This document shows, one piece after another, positions 31,330-40,520 of a stretch of 64,000 bases of DNA (position 1 is the stretch's first letter; each line of letters begins with the position of its first letter). The notes under the pieces were generated by a model. It saw only the letters and a program-made list of their open reading frames with translations. It was not told the DNA's origin and searched no databases. The stretch spans positions 49,464 through 113,463 of IMG/VR virus record IMGVR_UViG_3300012920_000023. One strand, 5' to 3'. Both the position numbers and the translations under genes were made by a program. The stretch comes from a virus.

Positions 31330-31861
31330 CTACAAAACCGGGGCTATAGTCATTGAGTATCAACCTCAAATAAAGTTCCGGGATAATGGATTTGATGTTC
31401 TTGATCTTAACGGAGATGTCTCTGAGAGATTTGTGTATGGTCGGAGTTTATCAGACGTATCCAATGAAGCATGGAAAGTCGCCGGAAGACTTGAGTTCTC
31501 ATTGATTGAGGGTCTTGAGGTTTATGATGTTAAACGAAAAGTGCGTGCGTTTGATGAGATATTGGACACTAGTTTGATGTTGATCCTCTTAGGGTACGGA
31601 GAAAGCCCTCAAGATGTGCTAGATTGGTTCAAGACTCCCTCTTACGGTCAGTGGGTTCAACCGGGAGTGCCATATATGGTTAGAGTCTCAGAACTAGGGA
31701 GCAGTCGAGTTGAGGTGAATAACGCAGAATGTTCTATAGACGGGCAGGTTGCATTTTCTGTCTTATTTTTAAGAGAGGAGGTTGACTTAACTATGTCATG
31801 GGATAGATTCTTACTAGCATCAAAAATAAATGTTAGGGAGGACTTTTATGAAAGCATCTAA
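31301..31861 (+). CDS. Hypothetical protein (start uncertain)
   Basis: Operon ORF. Confidence 0.5.
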   Translation: MGVWVRGLVDYKTGAIVIEYQPQIKFRDNGFDVLDLNGDVSERFVYGRSLSDVSNEAWKVAGRLEFSLIEGLEVYDVKRKVRAFDEILDTSLMLILLGYGESPQDVLDWFKTPSYGQWVQPGVPYMVRVSELGSSRVEVNNAECSIDGQVAFSVLFLREEVDLTMSWDRFLLASKINVREDFYESI

Positions 31862-32036
31862 AGAAGTTAAGTCGTGGGAGGGAAGCCGTGGGGAGAGCGA
31901 GTTTCGCCTGTTTTATGTTAGCGGTGAACTGTTGAGTCTGTTGAATGACTTAGCCGATGAGAGAGAGCAGGGCGACTTGCTTTATGAGTTAGTAAAACAG
32001 GAGCACGATAAGAGGTTTGGGGGTAGGAATGACTGA
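31848..32036 (+). CDS. Hypothetical protein
   Basis: GGAGG RBS before ATG 31848. Confidence 0.55.
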   Translation: MKASKEVKSWEGSRGESEFRLFYVSGELLSLLNDLADEREQGDLLYELVKQEHDKRFGGRND

Positions 32037-32385
32037 TTTTTGGTCGATATCTTATCCTCTAGGATGCGTCGCCAAGTCATTAAAAGAGGGCCGGATATTA
32101 GAGGCCATACGAGGCATTGAAGATGTTATCAAAAGTTATTCAGACACAGTGGCTTCTTGGGAAAAGTCGGATGCTAAATATCTTGATGGGTTGTTCAAGT
32201 TTCAAGTTTATTTGACGCATAGGCAGGGAGTTGTTTTTCCAACCCCGGAGTGCGTTTACCTATGGGTTGCACACATGTCTGCAAGAGAGTTGCACGGCGG
32301 TAAAGTCTTGGGTTACCATGTTCTCAATAAGTTGTTAATGGAGTTAAAAGATGAGAGAGTATTACAGAGGAAACACATCGTTTGA
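32029..32385 (+). CDS. Hypothetical protein
   Basis: Operon ORF. Confidence 0.5.
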   Translation: MTDFWSISYPLGCVAKSLKEGRILEAIRGIEDVIKSYSDTVASWEKSDAKYLDGLFKFQVYLTHRQGVVFPTPECVYLWVAHMSARELHGGKVLGYHVLNKLLMELKDERVLQRKHIV

Positions 32386-32794
32386 AGTTATTGATGTGAT
32401 CCACACTGAGTCGATTGGTTTTAGTTTAGGGAACGTTTTAAAGTATATATGTCGGGCAGGTCATAAGCCGGGGAATACGTTAGAGGGTGATCTAAATAAG
32501 GCTTTAGCCTATCTTGATTATGAAATTGACAGGCTTGATCATCTAAAGAAAGGTTTGGCCACTCGGCCTATTGAAACGCTTGGTCAAGTTTATCCGGAGG
32601 GCTTTTCCTGTCAGATTCAAGCCATAGGCGAGGCGTGGGGCTTAAACTCTTGCTTTGAGTCCATACTTGAATGTGTTGTGATGGCAAACAGACATAACCG
32701 ATTAGGACTTTACACACAGGCGATCCGTTATCTTGAAGACGCTAACGTGCTGTTGGTTAGGGTATTAGCCGAGGGAGGTAGAGATCATGCCTAG
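32351..32794 (+). CDS. DUF3310-domain protein
   Basis: EVIDVI...GFSLGNVLKYICRAGHK...DLNKALAYL. Confidence 0.8.
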   Translation: MREYYRGNTSFEVIDVIHTESIGFSLGNVLKYICRAGHKPGNTLEGDLNKALAYLDYEIDRLDHLKKGLATRPIETLGQVYPEGFSCQIQAIGEAWGLNSCFESILECVVMANRHNRLGLYTQAIRYLEDANVLLVRVLAEGGRDHA

Positions 32795-33146
32795 GTTTAA
32801 ACCGAGTGTGTTTTCAGATCCCGGCGATACTCCGACTGACCAAGAGAACCGTGTGGCCATGAAGTTAGGTGGACGACGGCAGAGGGGAAGTGGAGCGTCC
32901 GATTATGCTAAAGGTGATGTTAAAACAAGTGATTTTTTGATCGAGTGTAAGCAAACTGAGAAGAAGAGTCTGTCTGTCAAAGGCGAGTGGTTAGGTAAGA
33001 TCACAAGAGAAGCGATGGCGTCCGGGAAAATACCGGCACTATCTATTGAGATCAAAGGTAATCCCGACCGGATTGCAGAGCGAGATTGGATAGCGATCCC
33101 TATGTCCGTGTTCCGGCGATTGACTTCCCCCGATGAAGACTGTTAA
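32787..33146 (+). CDS. PD-(D/E)xK nuclease, Hjc-like Holliday junction resolvase
   Basis: E..VA, GSGA...KGDV...LIECK, LGKITREA. Confidence 0.75.
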   Translation: MPRFKPSVFSDPGDTPTDQENRVAMKLGGRRQRGSGASDYAKGDVKTSDFLIECKQTEKKSLSVKGEWLGKITREAMASGKIPALSIEIKGNPDRIAERDWIAIPMSVFRRLTSPDEDC

Positions 33147-33195
33147 ACTTAATCTTAATTTTAGCCAAAAACATCCCTTAAGAGAGAAGTGTATA

Positions 33196-33546
33196 ATGAG
33201 ACTAGACGAAGCCATTCAGATCATTGAAAATCATAACCATGACTCTTCTCTTGCAGAGTCAACCCCTGCCCGTATAACCACTCATGACCTCGCCATGCTA
33301 CTAAAGGATGCCGGCAACAAAGTCACTATGGAGCCTTGGAAAGACGGGACTGTAGGTATCTCAATTCGGCATGGTCAAAGGAAGTTCTTGCAGGGTGTAA
33401 AAGCGATTAAAGACCTTAAGAACAACATAACCGGCTTCACAAATAAGCGTGCTAAAGGTTCATTCTCTTACAAGGGCAATGAGTATCTTTTTCAGCCATA
33501 CAAGGGCTATATTTTCATTATGCCTCTTACTGAAAGAAAGTATTGA
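33196..33546 (+). CDS. Hypothetical protein (possible internal virion protein)
   Basis: Begins MRLDEAI. Confidence 0.5.
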   Translation: MRLDEAIQIIENHNHDSSLAESTPARITTHDLAMLLKDAGNKVTMEPWKDGTVGISIRHGQRKFLQGVKAIKDLKNNITGFTNKRAKGSFSYKGNEYLFQPYKGYIFIMPLTERKY

Positions 33547-33572
33547 TCTTTATATAGGCTTAAGGAGGACTC

Positions 33573-34145
33573 ATGTTTAAACCACCTAGAGAAGTGCAGA
33601 AGCAGGCCCGGCTTGGTCTTGAGTTAAGGCGTAAGTACAAGCGTGGAGGGTTGACCAATAAAGAGGCTTCAAAGCATGGCATTGGTTCGGGAGTACAGAG
33701 GGCAGTGAACCTTTCTAATGGCGACGAGTTGTCTTTTGATACAGTAAAGCGTATGAAAGCCTTTTTTGACAGACATCGAATCTACAAGGAGAAAGGCTAT
33801 CATGACACAGGAAACTCTGCTTCTTATATATCTTGGTTGTTATGGGGGGGAGATCCCGGATACAAATGGGCAAAAGAAATCGTATCCAAAAATCAGACGG
33901 AGGGCATGGGCATGGGGCAGTTGGTGAGAGACCTTGAGGGGCTTTTAAAGCGTGATCAGAATGATCGGGTGATGATCAAGAACGCATTGAGTACCGGCAA
34001 AAGAGCCATTCAGCAAATCGAGACTCTACTAGCAAGCGGAGATGCGGACTTGGCTTCTTGGATGGAATATAAGGTGTATCAAGCCACGGACGGGCTAAGG
34101 TCAGTCCGTGATTCGCTTCTTGCCGACCGTAGAGATGAAGATTAG
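33573..34145 (+). CDS. Conserved phage (head-associated) protein
   Basis: ARLGLELR..GG..GVQRA..L..DTVKRM..FF.RH...WLLWGG motif. Confidence 0.65.
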   Translation: MFKPPREVQKQARLGLELRRKYKRGGLTNKEASKHGIGSGVQRAVNLSNGDELSFDTVKRMKAFFDRHRIYKEKGYHDTGNSASYISWLLWGGDPGYKWAKEIVSKNQTEGMGMGQLVRDLEGLLKRDQNDRVMIKNALSTGKRAIQQIETLLASGDADLASWMEYKVYQATDGLRSVRDSLLADRRDED

Positions 34146-34281
34146 AAATATTTCTCTCAAGTTGCTCCGTATTTATGCTCATTTAACCGGTTTTAGATGC
34201 TGACAATCATGAAAGCAGACTTGGGTCAATCGCCGGGCTAATATACTATTGTGTGAACCTTTATTAAGGAGGACTTCATAC

Positions 34282-35163
34282 ATGTTAGAAATACAGGAAA
34301 TATCTGTAGAACCAAGTTTCATAAACCGTCTATACAAAAGAAAATCTATTACATCTCAGGAGTTTAGCGAGTCTGAGGGGGTTGAATGGGATTGTCGTGA
34401 GAGCAATTTTTACTTACTTAAAGTAGAGTCGACCGGGCAGAGTGCTTTAGCACTTTGGTGGGGTGAAGACGTACTAGAGTTGGTGGAGACAAAGGGTGTG
34501 TCTTTCAAGGGGATTGTACCTAGAGACGCTCCGCAGTCTTGTATGTTCCACGCACTCCGTAAACGTAGGTTAACTGTGGTTTTAGGTGAAGCCGGAACGG
34601 GCAAGACGACGATTGCATTGGCTTATGCGTTAGAGTGTCTTTTTAAGCGTGAAATGAATGTAGTGCTCTGCAAGCCGACGGTGTTTGTGGGTCAGAGATC
34701 AAATGCTATGGCTCCGATACCGGGAGATCACCGTGAGAAGATGGCCGGTTATATCGATTCCTATTTGACCTCTATGCAACGTATCTTGGGAGACACTTTT
34801 GAGCATCACCTGTACGAGTTGGAAGATGAGGGTCGGATAAAGTTTCAACCTCTTGAGTTGATCAGAGGTCAACACTTTGAAAAGAGCGTTGTAATCATTG
34901 ATGAAGCCCAAAACACTTCACCGCATGAACTTATGTCGGCAATAAGCCGGCTTGATGAAACGAGCGTGTGTATCGTTCTAGGAGATCCATGTCAGATAGA
35001 TTTGAGCAGTGGGTTTTCAGAGACAGGTTTAGGTGTGCTTGTAGAGAGCGAGGCATTTGAGTTCTCAGATATATCTGCCGGGGTTCGGCTCACCACCAAC
35101 TATCGTGGCCCGTTAGCGGTCTTGGCTTCTGAGGTCTTAAAAGAGTTAAGTGAACGCCGGTAA
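34282..35163 (+). CDS. phoH: PhoH-family ATPase
   Basis: GEAGTGKT, IRGQHF, IIDEAQN, GDPCQID; AAGGAGG RBS. Confidence 0.9.
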   Translation: MLEIQEISVEPSFINRLYKRKSITSQEFSESEGVEWDCRESNFYLLKVESTGQSALALWWGEDVLELVETKGVSFKGIVPRDAPQSCMFHALRKRRLTVVLGEAGTGKTTIALAYALECLFKREMNVVLCKPTVFVGQRSNAMAPIPGDHREKMAGYIDSYLTSMQRILGDTFEHHLYELEDEGRIKFQPLELIRGQHFEKSVVIIDEAQNTSPHELMSAISRLDETSVCIVLGDPCQIDLSSGFSETGLGVLVESEAFEFSDISAGVRLTTNYRGPLAVLASEVLKELSERR

Positions 35164-35169
35164 GTTGAA

Positions 35170-35267
35170 GCATCAACAGTGGCCACCTATGGTGCTCGTA
35201 AACGCCTGTAAGTAAATGAAAATAAGTGTTATTTGTATTTGACATTCAAGGCCACTTGATATAGTAT
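35170..35267 (+). promoter_or_regulatory. Palindrome-promoter module (degenerate left arm)
   Basis: GCATC..TATGGTGC ends 35195; 43 nt; TTGACA 35239; 17 nt; TAGTAT. Confidence 0.75.
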
Positions 35268-35320
35268 ACTTACAACGGTTGATTAAGGCCGGATTAATAC
35301 GACTCTAAAGGAGAGTGAAT

Positions 35321-35479
35321 ATGCTTAGGTTTAATGATGGCGTGACTATTGATACGAGTGGTGAGTACCGACCGCTTAAACTTAAAGACGGTTGGTACGT
35401 TGTTGGTCAAGGCTCATGTATGCCCGTTGAGTCTCGACAGGAAGCCCTTGAGTTGATTGCGAGGTTGACCAAAAAGTAA
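35321..35479 (+). CDS. Small hypothetical early protein (52 aa; not in track)
   Basis: AAGGAG RBS; MLRFNDGVTIDTSGEYRPLKLKDGWYVVG...TKK stop. Confidence 0.7.
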   Translation: MLRFNDGVTIDTSGEYRPLKLKDGWYVVGQGSCMPVESRQEALELIARLTKK

Positions 35480-35531
35480 ACCGCTCCGGGCCAACCTTGA
35501 TTACTCGGGGTTGTTGCCCAACCGGCCTAGA

Positions 35532-35676
35532 GCACCTTATAGGCAATTATGGTGCTCTGCAACTTAGGAGCAACTTAGGAGCACCTTATAGGTAAACCAT
35601 AACGCTTCTAAGTTGTTAAAATAAATCAAAAAAAGATCATTTTTAACTTGACTATAAGGCAGGGCCGAGTTAGTAT
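35532..35676 (+). promoter_or_regulatory. Palindrome-promoter module (one full and one degenerate site)
   Basis: GCACC-N14-GGTGC 35532-35555; second site from 35581; TTGACT 35648-17 nt-TAGTAT. Confidence 0.8.
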
Positions 35677-35715
35677 ATTACATCATTAACGATAAACGCT
35701 TAAGGAGAGCGAAAA

Positions 35716-36057
35716 ATGGCAAATATATGTAGTTATGCATTTAAGTGGGAAGATGGACAAGGTCGGCTGTTTAATGACCCCGAGTCTTACGATCAAGAGA
35801 TCGCAGGTGATACAACGATCGGATGCCGAAAGTGGCATCCACCGATCAGTTTATTAAGGGCGATGAAAGCATCGGGCAGGCTTGATTGGGAGGAGCATGG
35901 CTTACTAGGAGTAGGCTATACAATACTCAAAGACGGCGTTATTACTCAACAGGTGGCGGTTGATACACCCAAGAACATTGAAGAGTGTAGGGAGGTAATG
36001 AATACCTATCCAACCCTTGATGTTCAAAACCTTGTTGATCAGTATGAGGACGAGTAA
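35716..36057 (+). CDS. Hypothetical early protein
   Basis: Own promoter and AAGGAG RBS. Confidence 0.7.
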   Translation: MANICSYAFKWEDGQGRLFNDPESYDQEIAGDTTIGCRKWHPPISLLRAMKASGRLDWEEHGLLGVGYTILKDGVITQQVAVDTPKNIEECREVMNTYPTLDVQNLVDQYEDE

Positions 36058-36127
36058 GCAGGCTACTGATCAAGGGGGGGAGTGCTGGGTGCTTAAGGGA
36101 TGGCGGTCATTGGTTGCGGTATGGGGA

Positions 36128-36261
36128 GCACCTTATATATGTGTTATTGGTGCTCCTTAACCGGCTTACATATATAGAACACCATAGCCGGTAAAAGTGT
36201 GACATTTTTTTTAAAGTTTTTTTATTTTTATATTGACTATCACCTTAAACAGAGTTAATAT
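36128..36261 (+). promoter_or_regulatory. Palindrome-promoter module
   Basis: GCACC-N16-GGTGC 36128-36153; TTGACT 36233-17 nt-TAATAT. Confidence 0.8.
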
Positions 36262-36300
36262 AGTTACATCATTAACGATAAACGCTTAAGGAGAGCGAAA

Positions 36301-36597
36301 ATGATCGGACAAACAATCATTCAACAATTAGGCGGAGCCGGTAGGCTTCAAATGTTCATCGGACTAAGACAACTTTTGACCGAGGAGAGCGGAGTGACGC
36401 TCGTATTTCCTAAGCCCAAACACGCCGGTGCGGTCAATAGAGTTCGTATTACCCTTAACCCCAAAGACCTTTATGATATGGAGTTCATTAGATACTCTAA
36501 AAGAGGCGTAAAGGTTGTTAAAGAGTCCAATGACGTTTATGCCGAGGACTTGAGAGATAGATTTGAAGAGGGAACCGGCCTTTATATCCGGTTCTAA
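36301..36597 (+). CDS. Conserved phage hypothetical protein
   Basis: TIIQQLGG...DLYDMEF...DVYAEDL..FEEGTGLY motif. Confidence 0.75.
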   Translation: MIGQTIIQQLGGAGRLQMFIGLRQLLTEESGVTLVFPKPKHAGAVNRVRITLNPKDLYDMEFIRYSKRGVKVVKESNDVYAEDLRDRFEEGTGLYIRF

Positions 36598-36679
36598 GTT
36601 GAGCCGGAGCGAGGGGTATAGGTTGAGCCGGTAGAGAGAGGGGTTAGGTTGACTTGGTCTTGCTAACCGGCTCATGACA

Positions 36680-36776
36680 GCACCTTTATTGACCATAATG
36701 GTGCTCCGTAAGGGCTTAAAACAAATAAACTTTTTTATTATTTTTACTTGACTATTGGGTGTGGATATTGTACTCT
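36680..36776 (+). promoter_or_regulatory. Palindrome-promoter module
   Basis: GCACC-N15-GGTGC 36680-36704; 43 nt; TTGACT 36748. Confidence 0.8.
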
Positions 36777-36814
36777 ATATACATGTTAAAGATAAACGCA
36801 AAGGAGGCGTTAAC

Positions 36815-37033
36815 ATGAAAGAGCAAAAACCCTTTAAAGTACTCGTCAAAGATATGGATTCTCATCATGGCGTCGAGTTCAAAATCAAAGAGAAAGGCGT
36901 GCCAAGCGTGGACGCCAAAATCTACCGAGCAATTGAGCAAATCAAACTGCAACGTAAGGAAGCCAATATGTTTGAAGTCCGTATTACTGCATGTAACGGA
37001 GGCCATGAAGATTACCAACTAGTCTCGCCCTAA
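36815..37033 (+). CDS. Hypothetical early protein
   Basis: AAGGAGG RBS before ATG 36815. Confidence 0.7.
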   Translation: MKEQKPFKVLVKDMDSHHGVEFKIKEKGVPSVDAKIYRAIEQIKLQRKEANMFEVRITACNGGHEDYQLVSP

Positions 37034-37097
37034 AAACAGGGGCTAGGTCGGGCAGGGTAAGACCTTAGCCCTCGACCTCAACCAAGACACCCGGAAA

Positions 37098-37124
37098 GCC
37101 CCCTCGTCAATCGAGGGGCGTTTT
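37098..37124 (+). terminator. Intrinsic terminator
   Basis: CCCCTCG-TCAAT-CGAGGGG stem-loop then TTTT. Confidence 0.65.
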
Positions 37125-37138
37125 ATCGAAATAAAAAT

Positions 37139-37235
37139 GCACCATTATGATCAATAAAGGTGCTCTTAAGTACCTGTAATCAAATGAAAATAATTGTTTC
37201 TTTTACTTGACTAACAGTGTCCCTTAGTGTATAAC
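37139..37235 (+). promoter_or_regulatory. Palindrome-promoter module
   Basis: GCACC-N15-GGTGC 37139-37163; 43 nt; TTGACT 37207-17 nt-TATAAC. Confidence 0.82.
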
Positions 37236-37276
37236 TGTATACATCATTAACCGCTAATCAGTCAAAGGGATTGAAA

Positions 37277-37738
37277 ATGATTGAACAACTAAACGACTTA
37301 TTTAATAAGATTCAAGGCCGGCTCGTCGAAGCCTTTGACCTAGTAGCCGACGAGGCTCTAGGGTTAACTTTACTCATGATGGTTAACCGAAAAAAGGCTT
37401 TAAGCCGGAACGGGTTGACCGCAGAGTGGCGTAAGGATGACGCACGCCGAATGGCACAACATTTCTATTGGCTCGCTAAGACTTACGAGCGTATAGGTGA
37501 GGATGGGCGAGCGATCTGCTTCAAACGAGCGTCAAGCGTCATTTATAAGGCGATCAGAAAAAATGAGGGCTTCACCGGTAAGGACTTTTTAACTCATGAG
37601 CATGTCGGAAAAAAGGTGAGACTTGAAGCGTACCAAGTATGGCTTAAGGATGGGTACACAGAGAGAGTACAAGGATTAATCGACGGTGGTATGATCGACC
37701 CCGATTATCCGGCTCCAATGACAACTTGGGAGGGATAA
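37277..37738 (+). CDS. Protein with PolX/pol beta 8-kDa (HHH_8)-like domain
   Basis: LAKTYERIGEDGRAICFKRASSVI...VGKK...DG pattern. Confidence 0.55.
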   Translation: MIEQLNDLFNKIQGRLVEAFDLVADEALGLTLLMMVNRKKALSRNGLTAEWRKDDARRMAQHFYWLAKTYERIGEDGRAICFKRASSVIYKAIRKNEGFTGKDFLTHEHVGKKVRLEAYQVWLKDGYTERVQGLIDGGMIDPDYPAPMTTWEG

Positions 37739-37841
37739 GGGCTAGGTCGGGCAGGGATAGGATGAATGACTTTGACTAAATGACTTTGATATTTTGGCCA
37801 TTGAGGGTTATGGTGCTTAAACCTTTTTAGTTGCACCAAGG

Positions 37842-38222
37842 ATGGTTAGAATGAAAGACATTCTCAAGAAGATTATTTTGCTGATTATCGCTGTTGTCGT
37901 TATTTATTCAGTAGCGTTTCAAGAGCGTCGGGTTTATCCGGTAGATGAATGTTACCGAGTGATTTGGGGCGACCTTAACAGAATGAGAGAGTTAGGGCTT
38001 GAAGACTTATCTGCGATGGATGTGTATGAATACTGCCGTGAGGTCATTATCAATGCCGACCCTATAGTTCACCCTCAAGGTGACGCAAACACTCCTAGAC
38101 GCTTCATTATGGGTGAGCCGGTGATAGAGGTTGTGGGCGGTGAAGAGAGCCACAACCTAGACATCAATCAAGACTCTGAACATGAGTTACTTGATACGCC
38201 TCCGATACTAGAGTCTCCATGA
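37842..38222 (+). CDS. Membrane-anchored hypothetical protein
   Basis: N-terminal hydrophobic helix. Confidence 0.55.
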   Translation: MVRMKDILKKIILLIIAVVVIYSVAFQERRVYPVDECYRVIWGDLNRMRELGLEDLSAMDVYEYCREVIINADPIVHPQGDANTPRRFIMGEPVIEVVGGEESHNLDINQDSEHELLDTPPILESP

Positions 38223-38583
38223 GTTCTTGATAATCGACTGTGTCGTATATCACGCCGTCTTTGATCGTGAACACATGCTCCGGCATGACTACTATCCACA
38301 CACCCTCTTGGAGTCTCCACGCTCTTCGCTTTAACCTCAAACGACGGCGAAAGTCTGCACGTTTTAGTTTATAACCGGGTACAGGCTGTCTGTTCCAACT
38401 TGCCCCATGAAGCCAAGCGAGATCAGTACCCTCGCCGGGTTTTCGACCCTGCCGGGCTAGAAACTCAAAGGCTTCCTCATACCCCATACCAAAGGCTATC
38501 TCGCACGCTCTAACACCGCAGTCGTTTTCATCCCGGGAGTGTGGGAGTTCAGAGTACCCTAAGTCTTTAAGAATTACTCTCAT
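38164..38583 (-). CDS. Putative papain-like (C39-related) phage protein
   Basis: NDCGVRA...H...DG.IYDT, a Cys/His/Asp pattern. Confidence 0.55.
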   Translation of the reverse strand: MRVILKDLGYSELPHSRDENDCGVRACEIAFGMGYEEAFEFLARQGRKPGEGTDLAWLHGASWNRQPVPGYKLKRADFRRRLRLKRRAWRLQEGVWIVVMPEHVFTIKDGVIYDTVDYQELMETLVSEAYQVTHVQSLD

Positions 38584-39328
38584 CTTCGTCCGGGAATAGG
38601 GTATCAAGTGTCTCACTGCCATATACAACTTCATTGCCGGTCATGTCAAAAGCGACAACTTTGAATCCAATAACCTGTTCAATGCGGTCAAGGTATTCAT
38701 TAAGTGTATTAAGCCCGGAGTTTTGGCTTAAGTATTCTGTGCAGATGAGGTCAAGGGCATGACCCTCTTTTTCTGTTCCTGCTAAAGTCATGGCTTTCGC
38801 CAACGCAGTTGAAACATTAGTCATCTGATCTTCAAACAGGGCAAAGTTCTTACGCTTAGGTTTCTCCAAAATTGATGGAGCGTCAGTTTCCATCGACTCC
38901 GACTTGGCTTCTTTTACGGCGGTGGTCAGTTCTCTTAGCGATGAACTTTCTGCCACATCTCGCCATTCCTCTGCATTGGACTCGTCAACGACTCCAACCA
39001 ATTCTCGGGCTTTAGTCCAACCCAACTCTTTAACCCATGCTTGAACACTTTCGCTCTGATCACCAAACCACCCGGCAATAGCGACGAGATATTGGGCTTT
39101 GCGTCGTTGCATTGAGAGTTCGTTATCAACATAGTCCGGGAATGAAGTGTAGCCCCAATCTTCATAAGCGTTTTCATTCCAAACATTAAACAGAGCGGTA
39201 GCAAGACGCCAATAGGCACCCTCTACATTATTCTTTGCTTCGATGACCTCAAGACGTAAGTCATCATGTACGCTCGGCGGTAAGACCTCAATGGTCGCCA
39301 AACTTGTTTCATTTGATCGCATTAGCAT
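38567..39328 (-). CDS. Putative DNA-binding protein (DUF3102-like)
   Basis: GYTSFPDYV..ELSMQRRKAQYL and LGWTKAREL motifs. Confidence 0.5.
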   Translation of the reverse strand: MLMRSNETSLATIEVLPPSVHDDLRLEVIEAKNNVEGAYWRLATALFNVWNENAYEDWGYTSFPDYVDNELSMQRRKAQYLVAIAGWFGDQSESVQAWVKELGWTKARELVGVVDESNAEEWRDVAESSSLRELTTAVKEAKSESMETDAPSILEKPKRKNFALFEDQMTNVSTALAKAMTLAGTEKEGHALDLICTEYLSQNSGLNTLNEYLDRIEQVIGFKVVAFDMTGNEVVYGSETLDTLFPDEDESNS

Positions 39329-39477
39329 CTCCGATATTCAACTTAAAATGTTCACTGTGAACATATAACGGATGATGATTGTCACACGCTAGGTTCAATG
39401 TCAAGTCGAAAAGATTGTGCACACGAGTGCATGATGTGGCCGGCAGATTATCTTCTCAGAAATACTTTCTTTTTTAC

Positions 39478-39506
39478 TTGACTATACAGGTGGGTGCTGA
39501 TATGTT
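39478..39506 (+). promoter_or_regulatory. Sigma70-type promoter (divergent region)
   Basis: TTGACT-17 nt-TATGTT; opposite-strand TTGACA at 39399-39404. Confidence 0.7.
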
Positions 39507-39544
39507 AAGTCCATCATTCATTACAGACGTTTAAGGAGAACGAC

Positions 39545-39937
39545 ATGAGCGATAGCACTTTTATTAAACTACTCAAGGCGATCAGAATGCCGACTATTGA
39601 TGGCAGTGATCTCTCAAACCAAAATCATGCGATACGTCATATCGCACAGGCGTTCCTAATACATCTCAAGAGTGAAGATGTGGAAGAGATGATCAAGGAC
39701 ATTAAAGAGGTTTATCCGGATATCGTTACTCATGTGACGGTCTATAATGCAGGGAGCACTCTTAGTAAACCGTTCATGACCGGCTCCGAGAGAGATTGGC
39801 TTGCCACGGCCATGACATGCATATTGAGTGGGTGGGAGGTTCCTACAGGGTGTAACAATAAAGATAAAGAAAATAATGTAGAAGAGGAAAGTGATGTTGA
39901 TGGCTTTATGGGCGATTCCCGTATAGGTCGGTGGTAA
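39545..39937 (+). CDS. Hypothetical protein
   Basis: AAGGAG RBS. Confidence 0.6.
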   Translation: MSDSTFIKLLKAIRMPTIDGSDLSNQNHAIRHIAQAFLIHLKSEDVEEMIKDIKEVYPDIVTHVTVYNAGSTLSKPFMTGSERDWLATAMTCILSGWEVPTGCNNKDKENNVEEESDVDGFMGDSRIGRW

Positions 39938-40022
39938 TCGCCACGGCTAACTTGCATATCTGAGGATATAGTGTAGCCTTTTGGTAAAATTACTTTTACC
40001 GTTTACTTGCCGGGAGGTTACT

Positions 40023-40511
40023 TTGATATATATAGGCTTAGACCTAAGTTTGACCGCATCCGGCATGGTAGCCGTCGAGGATGGCGATGTTATAAAATCC
40101 AAGACATTTGGGTACGGGCTTAAACGGAAAAGCAGTGGAGAAAGAAAAATAAAGCGACTCCTGCATATCGCTTCCGAAGTTTGCTCGTTTATACAGGAGC
40201 ACGTTAAGGGCAAAGATCAAGGTGGCATCAAAGTTGTGATTGAGGGCTATGCGTATTCTGCCCGGGGATCGCAGAATGATCTAGCAGAACTCCAAGGTGC
40301 GATTAAAACACAGATTTACCTTATGTTTAAGATTGTGCCGGTGATCATGCCTGCGTCAAAGGCTAGAAAAAATGTCTTTGGACGTGGCCGGATCAGAAAA
40401 GATGAGATTCTCCTTGAACTTACTGAGCAGGGGCATCCGTTTACCGACCATAATCAAGCCGATGCTTTTGTGGTAGCAAGGGCACAGTATAACCTTGATA
40501 TCTGTTCTTAG
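40023..40511 (+). CDS. ruvC: RuvC-like Holliday junction resolvase
   Basis: IGLDLSLTASG, VVIEG, LAELQG, HNQADA; GGAGG RBS before TTG. Confidence 0.8.
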   Translation: MIYIGLDLSLTASGMVAVEDGDVIKSKTFGYGLKRKSSGERKIKRLLHIASEVCSFIQEHVKGKDQGGIKVVIEGYAYSARGSQNDLAELQGAIKTQIYLMFKIVPVIMPASKARKNVFGRGRIRKDEILLELTEQGHPFTDHNQADAFVVARAQYNLDICS

Positions 40512-40520
40512 GAGTAAAGC

